A DNA stretch of 62,978 bases, filler included, from Basidiobolus meristosporus CBS 931.73 (taxonomy: Eukaryota; Fungi; Basidiobolomycota): NCBI GenBank assembly GCA_002104905.1. It is 3 parts of 3 records of this genome, joined end to end, with 100 filler letters (N's around TTAATTAATTAA, not from the genome) between each part and the next. Parts side by side here need not be neighbours in the genome. Positions count along the whole stretch, not along the records: positions 15,332 to 42,848 come from MCFE01000902.1; positions 42,949 to 62,978 come from MCFE01001014.1; 1 more part is not named here. The stretch is one strand, 5' to 3'. Made by a program: the position numbers and the translations under genes. Positions 34,745-46,800 of this stretch are shown here, piece after piece; positions within the stretch are counted from its first letter, which is position 1, and each line of letters begins with the position of its first letter. The notes below the pieces were generated by a model. That model was not told the DNA's origin. It searched no databases and saw only the letters and a list, made by a program, of their open reading frames with translations.

Positions 34745-35780
34745 CACTATTTTTCGGTGACTCTTTTAAATATCAGCTGGAGGGGGCACTCGGGGGATAT
34801 TAACAGGGCAGTAGTTGATTTGATATGGACAGGGCATCTCCACGCCATTTAAATAATCGTGCTACCCATGAATATTCATAGGGAATCGTCGCTTCTGTTC
34901 GCTCGGCTCTCGCATTATAGCGCTGTGTGTCGCTCGATGCGAATAGAGTTGAACTAAAAAACGCATATAGACAGTAATAAATACACTCGTGGATCTCATA
35001 GGAAGGTCGGTGTCTGTATAACTGAATGCTGTCCATTGATGCGAATCTCACCTTTCCCTAATAAGGAACTCCAACTCGATACAAGTTGATGATCTTAAAT
35101 ATTTTCAACTTCCATATTGACGTCTCTCCGGGATGATTGGTGGGTGGGCCGGCGTTTAAATTGGTAGTCATACCTTGCTGGTATCTATGGAAATTCAGGC
35201 GATTGTACGGATTCGATCACATGCACCACTGATTATATCCGATTCATTTCGACATCATAGAGCTCTGTGGAGAGCCAGCATTCAGTCGATTGATCATCAT
35301 GACACTCAGCAACAGGACGGGACAAAATCCCAGTAAGAATGAGTCATGGCGATTAGACTACAGCACGACGAAAGGGGCGGCCGTGTCAAAATGAGTCAAG
35401 CTGCATCACATCCATGAAACATCGGCCTGGCGCTGTGTTTCTAGATTTCAACCAAAATACGGGATTGAGGGACCGAAAATAATGCTAATGGCAAGGAGAT
35501 GATTGTTGGAAACTTTATTGTGCCTGCGCCCCGCACGTTTATGGATTGCGCTATCGAGAGTGTGGGTGATAAAGAAATCACGATAGCAGTTCCGACTCTC
35601 CCTTGGCCGCAATTGGGCCATCAAGTGTGCACGCAAGCTAGGCTTGGGAGTGCTGAATTGAATGTTGAAGAATAACTGAAAGGGTGACAGGAGTCGTATT
35701 CATCAGACCAGGTGGGTTCTTAAGGGCAGGAAGGCCGGAAAATCATTTGCGTAAACGATCCCTGTGGAGGAGACTTGCGC

Positions 35781-36440
35781 TCAAATGGAGATGCCTGAGA
35801 ACGAGTCTGAGGTTATGGTTGATATAGAGGCGGATTCGTCCGGGGCTTTATTGTAGGTCTCCCCTCTCAGTTCGATTATTTGCTGCTCTATGCATCTTAA
35901 AATATCCTTGGTGCAGCCTAAGGTAACTCCTACACTAACGAGTCTTTCTTCCCAATCAACGACCAGATTGAACAGCCTTTTCCAGTCTGATGCACTGTAA
36001 CCCAATTCAAGGGCGAGGCTCTTGCCCCTGTTTTGCAACAGCTGCTTCCATTTCTCCCCAATCATGTTCGAAAAGCGACTCCGCTTGATCTGATAACTCT
36101 GAACAGGGCTCTCCCAGATCCATATCAGATGGTGCTCCGGATTGGTGGTTGTGAGGTCAAAACGCTTGGCAAACTTGGTTATGGACAAAGTCATGGAAGT
36201 AAGCAAGTAAAAGCGCTGCTCCAGATTCAGTTCTCTCCCCCGTCCACCTAAGCATTCGTACCAATAAATGAGGCGCTCGAAATCAGAGCTGATCTGAGTA
36301 TTTCTTCCTATATCATCTTCTTGGATGAAACTGGCTATGTTGGAGATGTCCGAATGGCGACTACAAGCTTTCAAGACCAGCAGCTCTAGCTGCTCTTTAT
36401 TTAGGCTTGAAATATGGCAAACTAGCTTTGAGTTCAGCAT
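35781..36440 (-). CDS. Hypothetical intronless protein (about 219 aa from ATG 36440)
   Basis: Long stop-free frame with globular, helical composition; no family recognised. Confidence 0.55.
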   Translation of the reverse strand: MLNSKLVCHISSLNKEQLELLVLKACSRHSDISNIASFIQEDDIGRNTQISSDFERLIYWYECLGGRGRELNLEQRFYLLTSMTLSITKFAKRFDLTTTNPEHHLIWIWESPVQSYQIKRSRFSNMIGEKWKQLLQNRGKSLALELGYSASDWKRLFNLVVDWEERLVSVGVTLGCTKDILRCIEQQIIELRGETYNKAPDESASISTITSDSFSGISI

Positions 36441-37411
36441 AGTGTACCAACGAAATTGAGTAGCCGATGTTGAAAGACCTTTATATACAACAGTAGATTC
36501 CCAAATGAAGTGAGGAGGAAGCAATCGGCAAATAGAATCCCTCATAAATATTCGCCATGCAAGCACTACACCACTAGATCAAATTTGTCATAAGCATTGG
36601 CAGCACTTGGGTCCAATATCAAAAACCTGTGTTCCTTGGAATGCTGATAAAATTTTTGTCACCGGCCTTGTCTTGATAAACGATTTCCCTTTAGACTGAC
36701 GGTGAACCAATTGGCGTCGGGATCCAGCTGGGCGAATCATTGAAACAGCTCTGTAGCCATATAAATATTACGCAAATGTCTGCTGGCCTCAACTCCATAC
36801 GCTGGTTCTCATAATGCATCCAATACAGCTCCGTCCTTCTGATGTTGGTTGGGCGAGATGGGGGTGTGGACCAGAAACACACAGACGTATGTCGTATTTA
36901 TGTCACAACGATGTTTTCGTAATTACCACCAAATTTGTCTTCCCTGCCAGGTTTTGGAATATTTGATCACAATGGTCTGGCGCGTACCATCTTCGATCTT
37001 GTGATTAGGCTGTGGGTGATGTAGGGTGGTGTTGACACTTTTGGGTTGATTCCACATGACTGCTTATTTTCCTAATTGTTCATCTAAACCCTCTATTCTT
37101 GGCTGATCAAACCAGCAATCACTTCGTTGGCTTGAATGTGTATATTTCCGCTATTTATGATATCCTCAAACACTCGAATTTTAGCCCCAGTTTCATATTT
37201 AACTCTTTCAATGGTATTTGAGTCAGGCTCCCTTACCGTCTCCTTCCTGTTCTTCGGTAGAGACCGTTTCTGTGATCTGTTCAACCTAAAGCATTTCTAG
37301 ACGAGTTTGAACTCTCCGTGTCCTTCTTTCCACAAACGAAAGAAGGGTTTTATTAACCTGGAACGTTTTTCTTTAGCGAATTCTCCTTTGAGCAATTTCA
37401 CCTCCTACCCC

Positions 37412-38596
37412 ATGTGCTCGAAAAAAGCCAGCTCCAAAATTCTCAATAGCCAGTTCAAGCTAAATCACTTTCCAGAGGACGTCTCAAGTTCGTATAAAGT
37501 AGACTGGCTTTGTGGGGGGTCAACCTTCTAATTGGCTTGTTTTTATAGAACCGTGCCCTTCTGACTCGATATTAAAGACAAAACATGCACATGGGTCGAG
37601 ACACCTCTGGAAACAACAGAATAGCCCATTCTCGGGGTTGGCCACTACAGGAGGGTTTATTAGTTCCTTCGAATTAACACAATCAATCCAAGAGGAGAGC
37701 TATTTTCGCGAAGAGTTTCACAAGGACATTAGAGTATTAAGAGAGGATTTCTTAGAGTTTAGAGATAATATAACCAATATGTGGTCTCACTTGGAGGGTT
37801 TACAAGAACAAACTATCCAGGCTAAGCGTGATGTTAATCACAGAGAGCTGCGTATAGGTATTTCAGCGAATTTTGTACCTTTGTACCCTGATAGCGTCGG
37901 ATGTATATTGAGTTGGTGCTCCCTCTAGAAAATCTTGAGGACGAATTAAGATTTACAACTGAGGCGGTATTTCATGTCAAGCAAGAGCTCGATTACTTAG
38001 CCAATTGCCAGGATTATTGTCATGAGTCACTTAAACAGTCCATGAGGATTGTCCAACACAAGATAATTGAGGTATGTACTGGTCCTTTTCATTGCAGGCT
38101 TAATGCAATCTAACCAGACCCTAGCTATGTGACGAGCACTGCAAAACAAACGATCATATTCAGGCTACCAACAGCCTTTATGCTCGGTATGAATGCTCAG
38201 TGGAGAATTGGTTTGATGAATCCAGGCGCTACATTCAAGCTACCCAATTAAACATACGCACCTTAACTGAGCTTCGACTAAGTCAGGTATGACGAGCGTA
38301 TACACTACGATTTACTAACACTTAGTTATTCTAGTAACCAAACTATTTCTGTGTAGGATATTGGGAAGGGCGAGTCAAACCACAGACATCACCATCTCAA
38401 ACTCCTTTATAAATTACCTGGCCCCATTGACACTGCAAACCTACCACCTTCTAATGCATTAGTCAGCCCTCTAGAGGGTCTTCTACGTTATTATTTAAAT
38501 GCAACTAGAGGGCTTATCGACATCGTTAAACTCTCCAGCTATTCGAGGCTGAAGGAGGAGGTGGGGGTGTTGCATTCATGTACTTTGTATCGTTAA
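37412..38596 (+). CDS. Hypothetical multi-exon coiled-coil protein
   Basis: ORFs 37512-37928 and 37901-38113 plus downstream exons can be joined at GT-AG sites; heptad-like EEFHKDIRVLREDFLEFRDNI region. Confidence 0.45.
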
Positions 38597-38986
38597 CATG
38601 TAAATTTATGATTAAATGTGTATATTTCCGATCAGATATGCCAAGTTAACAATTCTAATGCAAGTTTCAACGTGTGGTGTGAGAGCAATCGAGTTCAACG
38701 CGCCATTAATTTGTTTACAAACAAAAGCGAAAAAATGCTGGAGAATGTATGTGTAGTGGGCTGCTATGAATGAAAAGTCTGGGAGTAGAGTTGCTTTTGC
38801 CAACTTTGTAAACACAAACCCTCTAATAGAGAACCAAGAGAAAAGCCAAAAATAAGCAACATTCAGAAGTGTAGACTGTTCGAAAACAAAAACTCCGACA
38901 AGTGCTTTATTTTCAGCTTGGGGATACTTTACATTGAACATCGTACCGTTGCGTATCATCTCAACATAACAAGTGAGCTGGATGAT

Positions 38987-39448
38987 CTATTTCACTTTGA
39001 TGTTGTACTTCTTTTGGAAGGCACCGAAATCCTCCTCCTTCTTCTTATAGTTTTGAAGTAACTGTTCGATTACTTGCTTGATCTATATATCCATTGTAAG
39101 TTTAGAAATTTAACCTGGTCAAAGATGAACAAATACTTACCCCGTCCTGGTTGGTTTGAAGGGCGGGCAGCACATCCTTCACAGTACGCTCAACTAAGAC
39201 GCCTCCAACCAATCTGAAACATTTACGCTCAGGATCAAGTGGCGAAATGGTGTCGATGACAAGTCTGTACGAAAAAAGAGAATAAGGCACCCGGTCCATT
39301 GGCCAATAAGATGTAGAACATATAATTACTTGTGCTCTTCGGATTCCATCTCGAGCTCTCCGACCTTTTGTGCGATGGCTTGAAGCTCCTGCTTCATGCT
39401 GTTGAATTGAGCGACGATCTCTTGGTCACTTGGTCTCTTTTCTGACAT
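38987..39448 (-). CDS. PFDN2: Prefoldin subunit 2 (3 exons)
   Basis: MSEKRPSDQEIVAQFNSMKQELQAIAQKVGELEMESEEH / LVIDTISPLDPERKCFRLVGGVLVERTVKDVLPALQTN / IKQVIEQL. Confidence 0.93.
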
Positions 39449-40691
39449 TGTAATGATGGGGCAATGAAAGATACAACCTTGCTACTAAGAAAAAGGCTGG
39501 ATGAAAAAGGTGGCATTTTTTGATCGAACCAAGATTGATAGAAAAAAAATGTGAAAAACAATGCAACTCCGCTTAAATCAAACCTACTGCCAGTTTGATT
39601 AAATAGATCCATTACGCCCTGCATCCCTACCCTGGCTAACTCAATCAACACGAAATGTTGCTTATATCGGAAATAGTATCAGCCTGCAATGTTGATGAAT
39701 TAGCTGGGGATGTAGACGATGCAACGATCCTAGTTTAATTCTCCGCGTAAAACACTTCTCTCAACTTGGATTGATTGATTGTATTGGCAGTCAACCGGAG
39801 ATTTCCCAACAAGCCGCTAGCTGCAATCTATTATATCACTCAAACTGTCAACAACCTGCTTCCGGATTACGCATCACTATGATAGAATGGAGAATCCAGG
39901 TTTCTTGTTGTTGCGCAGGAATAAATTCATGTGAATGCAATGCCAAAAATATTGGCCGTCATACTGCATGTGCTGACCCATTGATGCAGTTCGTTTGGAG
40001 CTGCGTATCCCAACTGCGCATCTTCTCATCTCGTGCGGCACATAGGCATATGCCTCTTGATCAAGAAGATCCATTGTTGGCACCGCAATGCAGGCTTATA
40101 TTGTGAGGCCATGATGCAATCCAAACTCATGTACGCTCTTCAAGAATCACCGATTAGAAATGGGATTTACAGCCGATTCATGGGATGCTACGGATTACCC
40201 CGTTTCCGTAGTATTGAGCCTCGAATTTATGTTGTAACTATGTTCATGATATTGACTGTTGACTCAGATGCATATGTCAAACACTCAGGTATCTAAGATC
40301 AAAGTGTACGATTGGATCCCCCTCAACCCCTGACTAGTTACTAATCTGTTTTTTAACTCTCCTGTAAAACAGTCCGGTTTTGCATTTGCCAAGTCCAAGC
40401 TTAAGAAATACAGGGAAAAGGTTGGGGATAGCTGCTGATTGCCTGCGATTAGATTCCTAACTGTAATGTCGCAGCCTTGTTCCTATTTTGGAGTACTACT
40501 TATAGATGGGTGTCATTCCATATCTTAAGCGCGGTCTCTTTATCTTATTATCTGGATATTGGCTGGGGTCCATTCTACTGGGATTTCTTTCACAAAAATT
40601 CAAGCGGTTATAAAGCAACACCTAGCCTCGTAGGATACATCTCATTTTTGTTACCTCCCCCCTCCCCTTGGACAACTGCAGTATTCTGGAA

Positions 40692-42243
40692 ATGACTCAT
40701 TCCACTCCCAAAAACCTACTAAAGAAAGCTGTAAGGAGCTCAGGGAAAGCTTCTAACCACTCCCATACTCCTACCAGCAGTCGTAATGCCTCCGACTTTG
40801 AAGACGAGGTGTTTTCCGAAGGCTCCGATTCCACCATAGATTCGCTATCCAGCTTTCAAGACGACTGGAGTATTGTCGACTGGAATGACGAGTTCAAACG
40901 CATTATTGAAGAGTTATCCGAAAAAAGGACGACGTAATTAATGCCTATTTGGTAGATCACCGTCACACCCATAAACTAAATTCGGTTAACTGTACAGGAC
41001 CCGCGAGTCTACTCTTCTAAAGCTTATCAAGGCCTTAAGCCATAAATTCCTGGACGAAGACCTACAATTGCAGAGTGAATCGATCATTGACACCCTTAAA
41101 AAATGCCTTAAAAAATCGGGAAGTGCCAGGGAAAAGATCCTGGCCTCCAAAGGTATTTCTTTCGTTCACTCAACTCATAATTCTTACTGATCTCGCATTT
41201 GCTCAGCCATCACCCTTTGTTTCATCACTCTCGGTGCTGGGGAAGAGAGCCTTTATAAAGATGTCTCGCCAATCCTGAAGAATATCGTCCACAATAGTGC
41301 AGAGCCAGAGGTCTTATCGGCGGTAAGTTTCTTCCATTGGCTTCATAAATGAATACCACACTAACATATTGGATAGGCTATTAGCGCTTTAGCAATGATA
41401 TGTTTTATTGCCAGTTCAGACGAATTTGAGACGTTGAAGCTCATGGATATGTTTGCCATCGTTTTCAAGGATTCACATAAGTTGACCCAAGCAGCCATAA
41501 GTGCCATAAATGCCCATGGATTATTGTTTACTACAGTATCACCTCGTCTTGGACGCAGTATGTTTGACAGGTAATTGCGGTATTTGTTGACCATTGCTTG
41601 TGACAGTGACTCACCAAGTGTCTAGCGTCATGCCAGTTTTGACTCGCCTTTTGGAATCGCCTAATACGGCGCTCCGTGTAGCCAGTGGTGAGAATATCGC
41701 CTTAATGATCGAGACACTGCGTGATGATACGGTACGCCAAAGTAGATAATCAGCTTTTCCACTGGACGCTTGCTTACGGGCTTTCTCTAGTCTACCAACT
41801 TTCGATATGATGGAATTCAGAACCTGACTAGATCATTAACCGCATTGGTAACGGATAGCAGAAAGCATCGCTCAAAGAAAGACCGCTCCACTCAACGCTC
41901 CGCCTTTCGGGATATCGTTAGCTCAATAGAGGAGAGAAATCCCCCTGAGCTTAAGCTAAAGTTCAGAGGCGAAGTCATCACTTTCACCGGCTGGAGCGAG
42001 ATCAAACAGCTTACTGCTTTTCGTGAGGCGCTTGCCGAAGGCCTACACGTGCATTTCCAGTATAACGAGCTTCTTCACGATATCTTCGATGTTTCTTTAG
42101 CTCCAGACGCTGAAGGGAGCAGTGGCTACTTGCCAAGTCTGGTGGTTTCTCCGAACTCAGAGTTATCCAAATTAAGGACCCAAGGTATGGCTAAACAGCG
42201 TCAGCAGCGTAGTAGGTACGAAAGCTTCAATGAGGACGACTAG
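40692..42243 (+). CDS. Interferon-related developmental regulator (IFRD) family protein, multi-exon
   Basis: ELSEKRTT/TRESTL, ASGENIALM, TDSRKHRSKKDRSTQRSAFRDI, HFQYNELLHDIF and basic C-terminal tail. Confidence 0.85.
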
Positions 42244-42638
42244 TATACACTTTCACAGGCTATTCTGAGAAGCATATAGAGATAATTATCGATTTTAAAG
42301 CAAAACTCCTCTATAAAATATATAAATATATCGTGTCGTGTCGTGTGGATATGATTCAATAGCTTAATACATATATGTATATTTGACTAAACCTGTACTG
42401 AACCATATTCAATCCTCAAGTCCTTGAACAATAAAGCAGTAACCTTAATAGGTATTGCAGGCGAACTACTGGCAACTAGATTTTATACATTATTGGTTGA
42501 TATGTGAATGGTAACTATGGCAGGAGTTTTGAAATTGGCCCAAGCTACTGAGTCATGGCCATCAAGCCAAAATTGAACGTCGTTGATAATTAAAACTAAT
42601 TATATTTATTATTTTCAGGGTTCTTTACAATCAGTCAA

Positions 42639-42830
42639 CTAAAATGATACGGCATCGAGCATAGTTCCCAAAGTTTGCACAATGTTGTTACACATTACGT
42701 CTTCAACGGTTTCTTCCAAGTGGCGTTTGGGATCCTGTTTGCCAACGTGGCGAGTCTTTAATTGATCTGCACTGAGAGTGGATTCCTCCTGAACGGACTT
42801 ATTGTATGCCTCAGCAAGAGAGAGCATAGC
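42639..42830 (-). CDS. RPN11: 26S proteasome deubiquitinase RPN11/PSMD14, last exon only (rest lost in the gap)
   Basis: MLSLAEAYNKSVQEE...RHVGKQDPKRHLEE...NIVQTLGTMLD is the conserved RPN11 C-terminus. Confidence 0.92.
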   Translation of the reverse strand, partial: AMLSLAEAYNKSVQEESTLSADQLKTRHVGKQDPKRHLEETVEDVMCNNIVQTLGTMLDAVSF

Positions 42831-42848
42831 CTAAAATACGAATTGGTT

Positions 42849-42948
42849 NNNNNNNNNNNNNNNNNNNNNNNNNNNNNNNNNNNNNNNNNNNNTTAATTAA
42901 TTAANNNNNNNNNNNNNNNNNNNNNNNNNNNNNNNNNNNNNNNNNNNN
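42849..42948. other. Artificial scaffold gap (44 N + TTAATTAATTAA + 44 N)
   Basis: Same 100-bp linker structure as 15232-15331. Confidence 0.97.
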
Positions 42949-43830
42949 TTTCAAGTTTCTCAAAACCCACAATACTAAGTATCTGAGGAATTAGCCATTT
43001 GGCCAGCAAGCAGACACATATTGCAAGAAGAGACAAAGCCAACCAGCATTCCTGCCAAATTTGTTAATTAGCTGCTTCCCACTTGTACCAAACATTGTAA
43101 CTGAAAGATTGAAGGAAACTCACCAGCCATATGCTAGCTAAATTACATCTGAATATTAGTAGATTATCAGCTAAAAGTAACATGGATTTCAAGTTTGAGA
43201 TTTTTGCAGTTATAAGATAATGACTGATTGTGCATTATTGAACTTTTCTTATTAATAATTAATATGTTTGGACATTCTAACACTTCATTTTGCTGTGGGG
43301 GTATGGTGTAGTGGTCTCTTGCTTAATCCACTGAGTTTGTAAAAGAGGATGAAAACTCAGAGGTATACATTTGATTATTATGGAATCTTATCTCTAGGAA
43401 TTAGATGAATTTTAGTCATTCTCCTCAAATAAGCAGATTAGATATGTCCAGTCACCTGTGCCAAAGCATTAGTGTTTTCTCATTTGAGAGATCAATAGTA
43501 GCTTCCATATGTGTTAGAATATAGGTCATCTTGTATATCTATTCATCTTTGAAACCCATTGCAATATGGTTCCATTTTGATCAGTGATCCTGCATCCAGA
43601 AGTTTCAAAACTGAAACTGAGTGCTACTGTCATGGCAAAGCCCAGATACAATGGACTCTTGCTATTTTCGGTACATAGAGTTTTTCTTTGAAGGTAAGTG
43701 TGTAGCTTCCTGTGTTACCTTGAGGCTAACTTTAATAGCACTCTATCCAACTGCATCAAGGGTGCTGTTGTAACTCATCAAGACCTTGTCAATTGCAATA
43801 ACTGGATGTTGCACATAAAGTTCTTCTTTG

Positions 43831-46800
43831 TGTTGTAAAAATTCGTATTTTCCACCTAAATATTCACCTAACTTAGTCACTTAGATCATCATCTTCAAAT
43901 CCTAGAGAATACTGACCAAATTCCTTGTCGGGATTTACTTAGAATATTTTTACCAAAATACCAGGTACCCAGAACATGAAAATTCTCAAAGTTGTCCAAA
44001 CAGCCCCAAACTTTGCACACATGTTCTTGGGACCTTCCTTAACCTATTCTACGTGTTTGTAATGCCAAGACCATGTAAAAGTATAAATACTACTTTTACA
44101 TTCAATAAATCATTAAGTGAAAACCACATAATCTACTTGTTCTCCCAATCACTTCCAATATCTCCAAGACTCTTACAACAGGTTATGAGCCCCGAGCTGT
44201 CACTCTCTGCAATGTCTACTACTGCTATTACTGGAATTTTTCCCTCTGCTGAAAAGTTGGATGGATCTAACTACCAAGTGTGGAAGGTGAAGATGAAGAT
44301 GCTGCTGCAAGAAAGAGGCCTTTGGGATATTGTCATGGGAGAAGAATGCCCTCCTAAAAACGTGGGAGAGGAAGCCTTAAAGTACCAGAAGAAAGAACAA
44401 AGTGCCTTTAACTGCATTTGCCTTAATGTCAAGGACAAATTGCTAATTCAATGCTCAAGAGCAAAAACGGCAAAAAATGCCTGGAAAGCATTAGAAGACA
44501 CCTACCAGTCATGTTCAGCTGCCAAGAAAATGTATCTGAGAAGAAAATTCTTTACTACAAAGATGCTGCCAGGAGAAGAAATGAAAAATCTAATTAACAG
44601 AATTACCCTGCTGGTAGATGAGATGGAATCTGTGGGCGTACCAACTACTGATGAGGATGTGATAGTTACCATCCTGAATAGCCTGACAGACGAGTTTCAG
44701 GGCCTTGTATCAGCCCTAGAGTCCAGAACTGAAGATTTGACCTTAAATTACGTATATGGAAGGCTCCTGGATGAAGAATTAAGAAAATCAAGCGCCAATA
44801 AGAAGGAAGAAGAAAATGCTTTAATAAGCAATGATAACCAACAAAGGAGGTACCCAAGACCCTACAAAGGCAACAGCAACCTATTTTGCAACTACTGCAA
44901 AAGGAAAGGACACACATCAGACCGGTGTTTCAAAAAGAGAGATTATCAGCAAAAGAAGCCTGAATATGGAAATGCTGCAACAACTGAAGATAGACTATTC
45001 ATATCTGCACTAAATATGACCACAAACAAGGATTCTCAGACATGGTATATTGACTCTGGAGCTTCTCAACACTTTACACACCAAAAAGAACTTTTTACCC
45101 AATATCAAGAAATTCCAATTAAGAAGGTTTTCATGGGTGACGATAGAACACTTGATGCAGTGGGAGAAGGAACTATCCAAGTAAACCTTAGAAGCAGTGA
45201 AGGAAGCCATACACTGATCTTTAAAGAAGTACTCTATGTACCAGAAATAGCCAAGAACCTACTCTCTGTAAGCAAGGCCACAGCAGAAGGACTCAGTTTC
45301 AGTTTTGACAATTCTGGATGCAGGATCACTGATCAAAATGGTGCCCATATTGCTTCGGGCATCAGAGATCAGAACCTATACAAGTTGACTTATATTCCAT
45401 CATATCTGGAAGCCAATATAAGTAACTTAAATGAAGAAACACCAATGCTTTGGCACAGGAGATTTGGACACATCAATTTTGATTATTTGCGTAAAATGAT
45501 CAAAGATCAGCTAATTTCTGGAGTGAAAATTGATCCCCCAGCTATTTTGGAGCACTGTGAAGCCTGCATATATGGGAAACAAGCCAGACAACCGTTCAAG
45601 AGCTCTGGGTTAATCAAAACTAAGAAAAAATTCGATCTAATTCACTCAGATCTGTGTGGACCTATGCAAAATTTATCCTTAGGCGGGATGAAGTATTTAA
45701 TCACTTTTATTGATGATTATACAAGATACACATGGGTCTACTTCATGGAGAGAAAGGAAGAAGCTCTGTCTAAGCTCAGGGAGTTCAAAGCCATGGTGGA
45801 GAGAGAAACTGGTGAAAAAATCAAGAAAATACGCTCTGACAATGGTGGAGAATATACCTCAAAACTCTTCATCCACTTCTGCAAAATTCATGGGATAAAG
45901 CAAGAGACTACTGTACCATACTCCCCACAGCAAAATGGAGTAGCAGAACGAGCTAACAGATCAATAATTGATATGGCAAGATCTATGATCCATGATCAAA
46001 AATTATCCTATGATTTTTGGGCGGAATCAGTTGCCACTGCTGTATATCTTAAAAATAGGAGTTATAACAGAATACTTCGTGATTCTACTCCATTTGAAGC
46101 ATGGTATGGATACAGACCAAGTGCAGAACATCTAAGAATATTTGGGTGTACAGCATATGCCAAAAAACTGGCCGGAAATCAGTCAAAATTTGAGCCAAAA
46201 AGTGTAAAATGCATATTTTTGGGCTACTGCAATGAGAGTAAGGCATACAGACTCTACAATACCGAAGCAAAGAAGCTGATCAAGTCCAGGGATGTGTTGT
46301 TTGATGAAAATTCAAAATTTTCACAAAAAATGACATCAGATGATGACGAAAATTTGATCTCAAGTCCACCAATTGTCAGGATTGAATCAGAGCAAAACAA
46401 TGAAAATTTTTTCACTCCAGAGGACTCTACAACCGTGGTTCAGCCAGAATCAGTGCCCAGGAATATCCCAGAAGTGATCATTCCAGTATCAAATGCCCGG
46501 AGATCCAATCGGACAAGAAATAGCCCAAATTACTATATCAATGAGGGTACAAACTTAGCCTATGCCTATTCAGTCCATGTTGATGAACCCCAGACTGTAA
46601 AAGAGGCCCTAAATAGCCCTCAGACGAAGTTTTGGAGATCTGCAATGACTGAGGAATATCAGGCCCTGATGGAAAATCAAACTTGGGACTTAGTCAAATT
46701 ACCAATCAACCGAAAATCAATTGGATGCAGATGGGTCTTCAAGACAAAATACAAGGCTGATGGTACAATTGAAAGATACAAAGCAAGACTTGTAGCCAAA

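Noticed and set aside
38612-38959. 115-aa minus-strand ORF downstream of prefoldin 2
   Set aside because: AT-rich, no family features, lies in 3' UTR or intergenic space; likely spurious.
40294-40310. ctaagatcaaagtgta resembles the U2 snRNA branch-pairing region
   Set aside because: Only about 15 nt with an indel, no U2 stem-loops or Sm site; it lies in an apparent intron.
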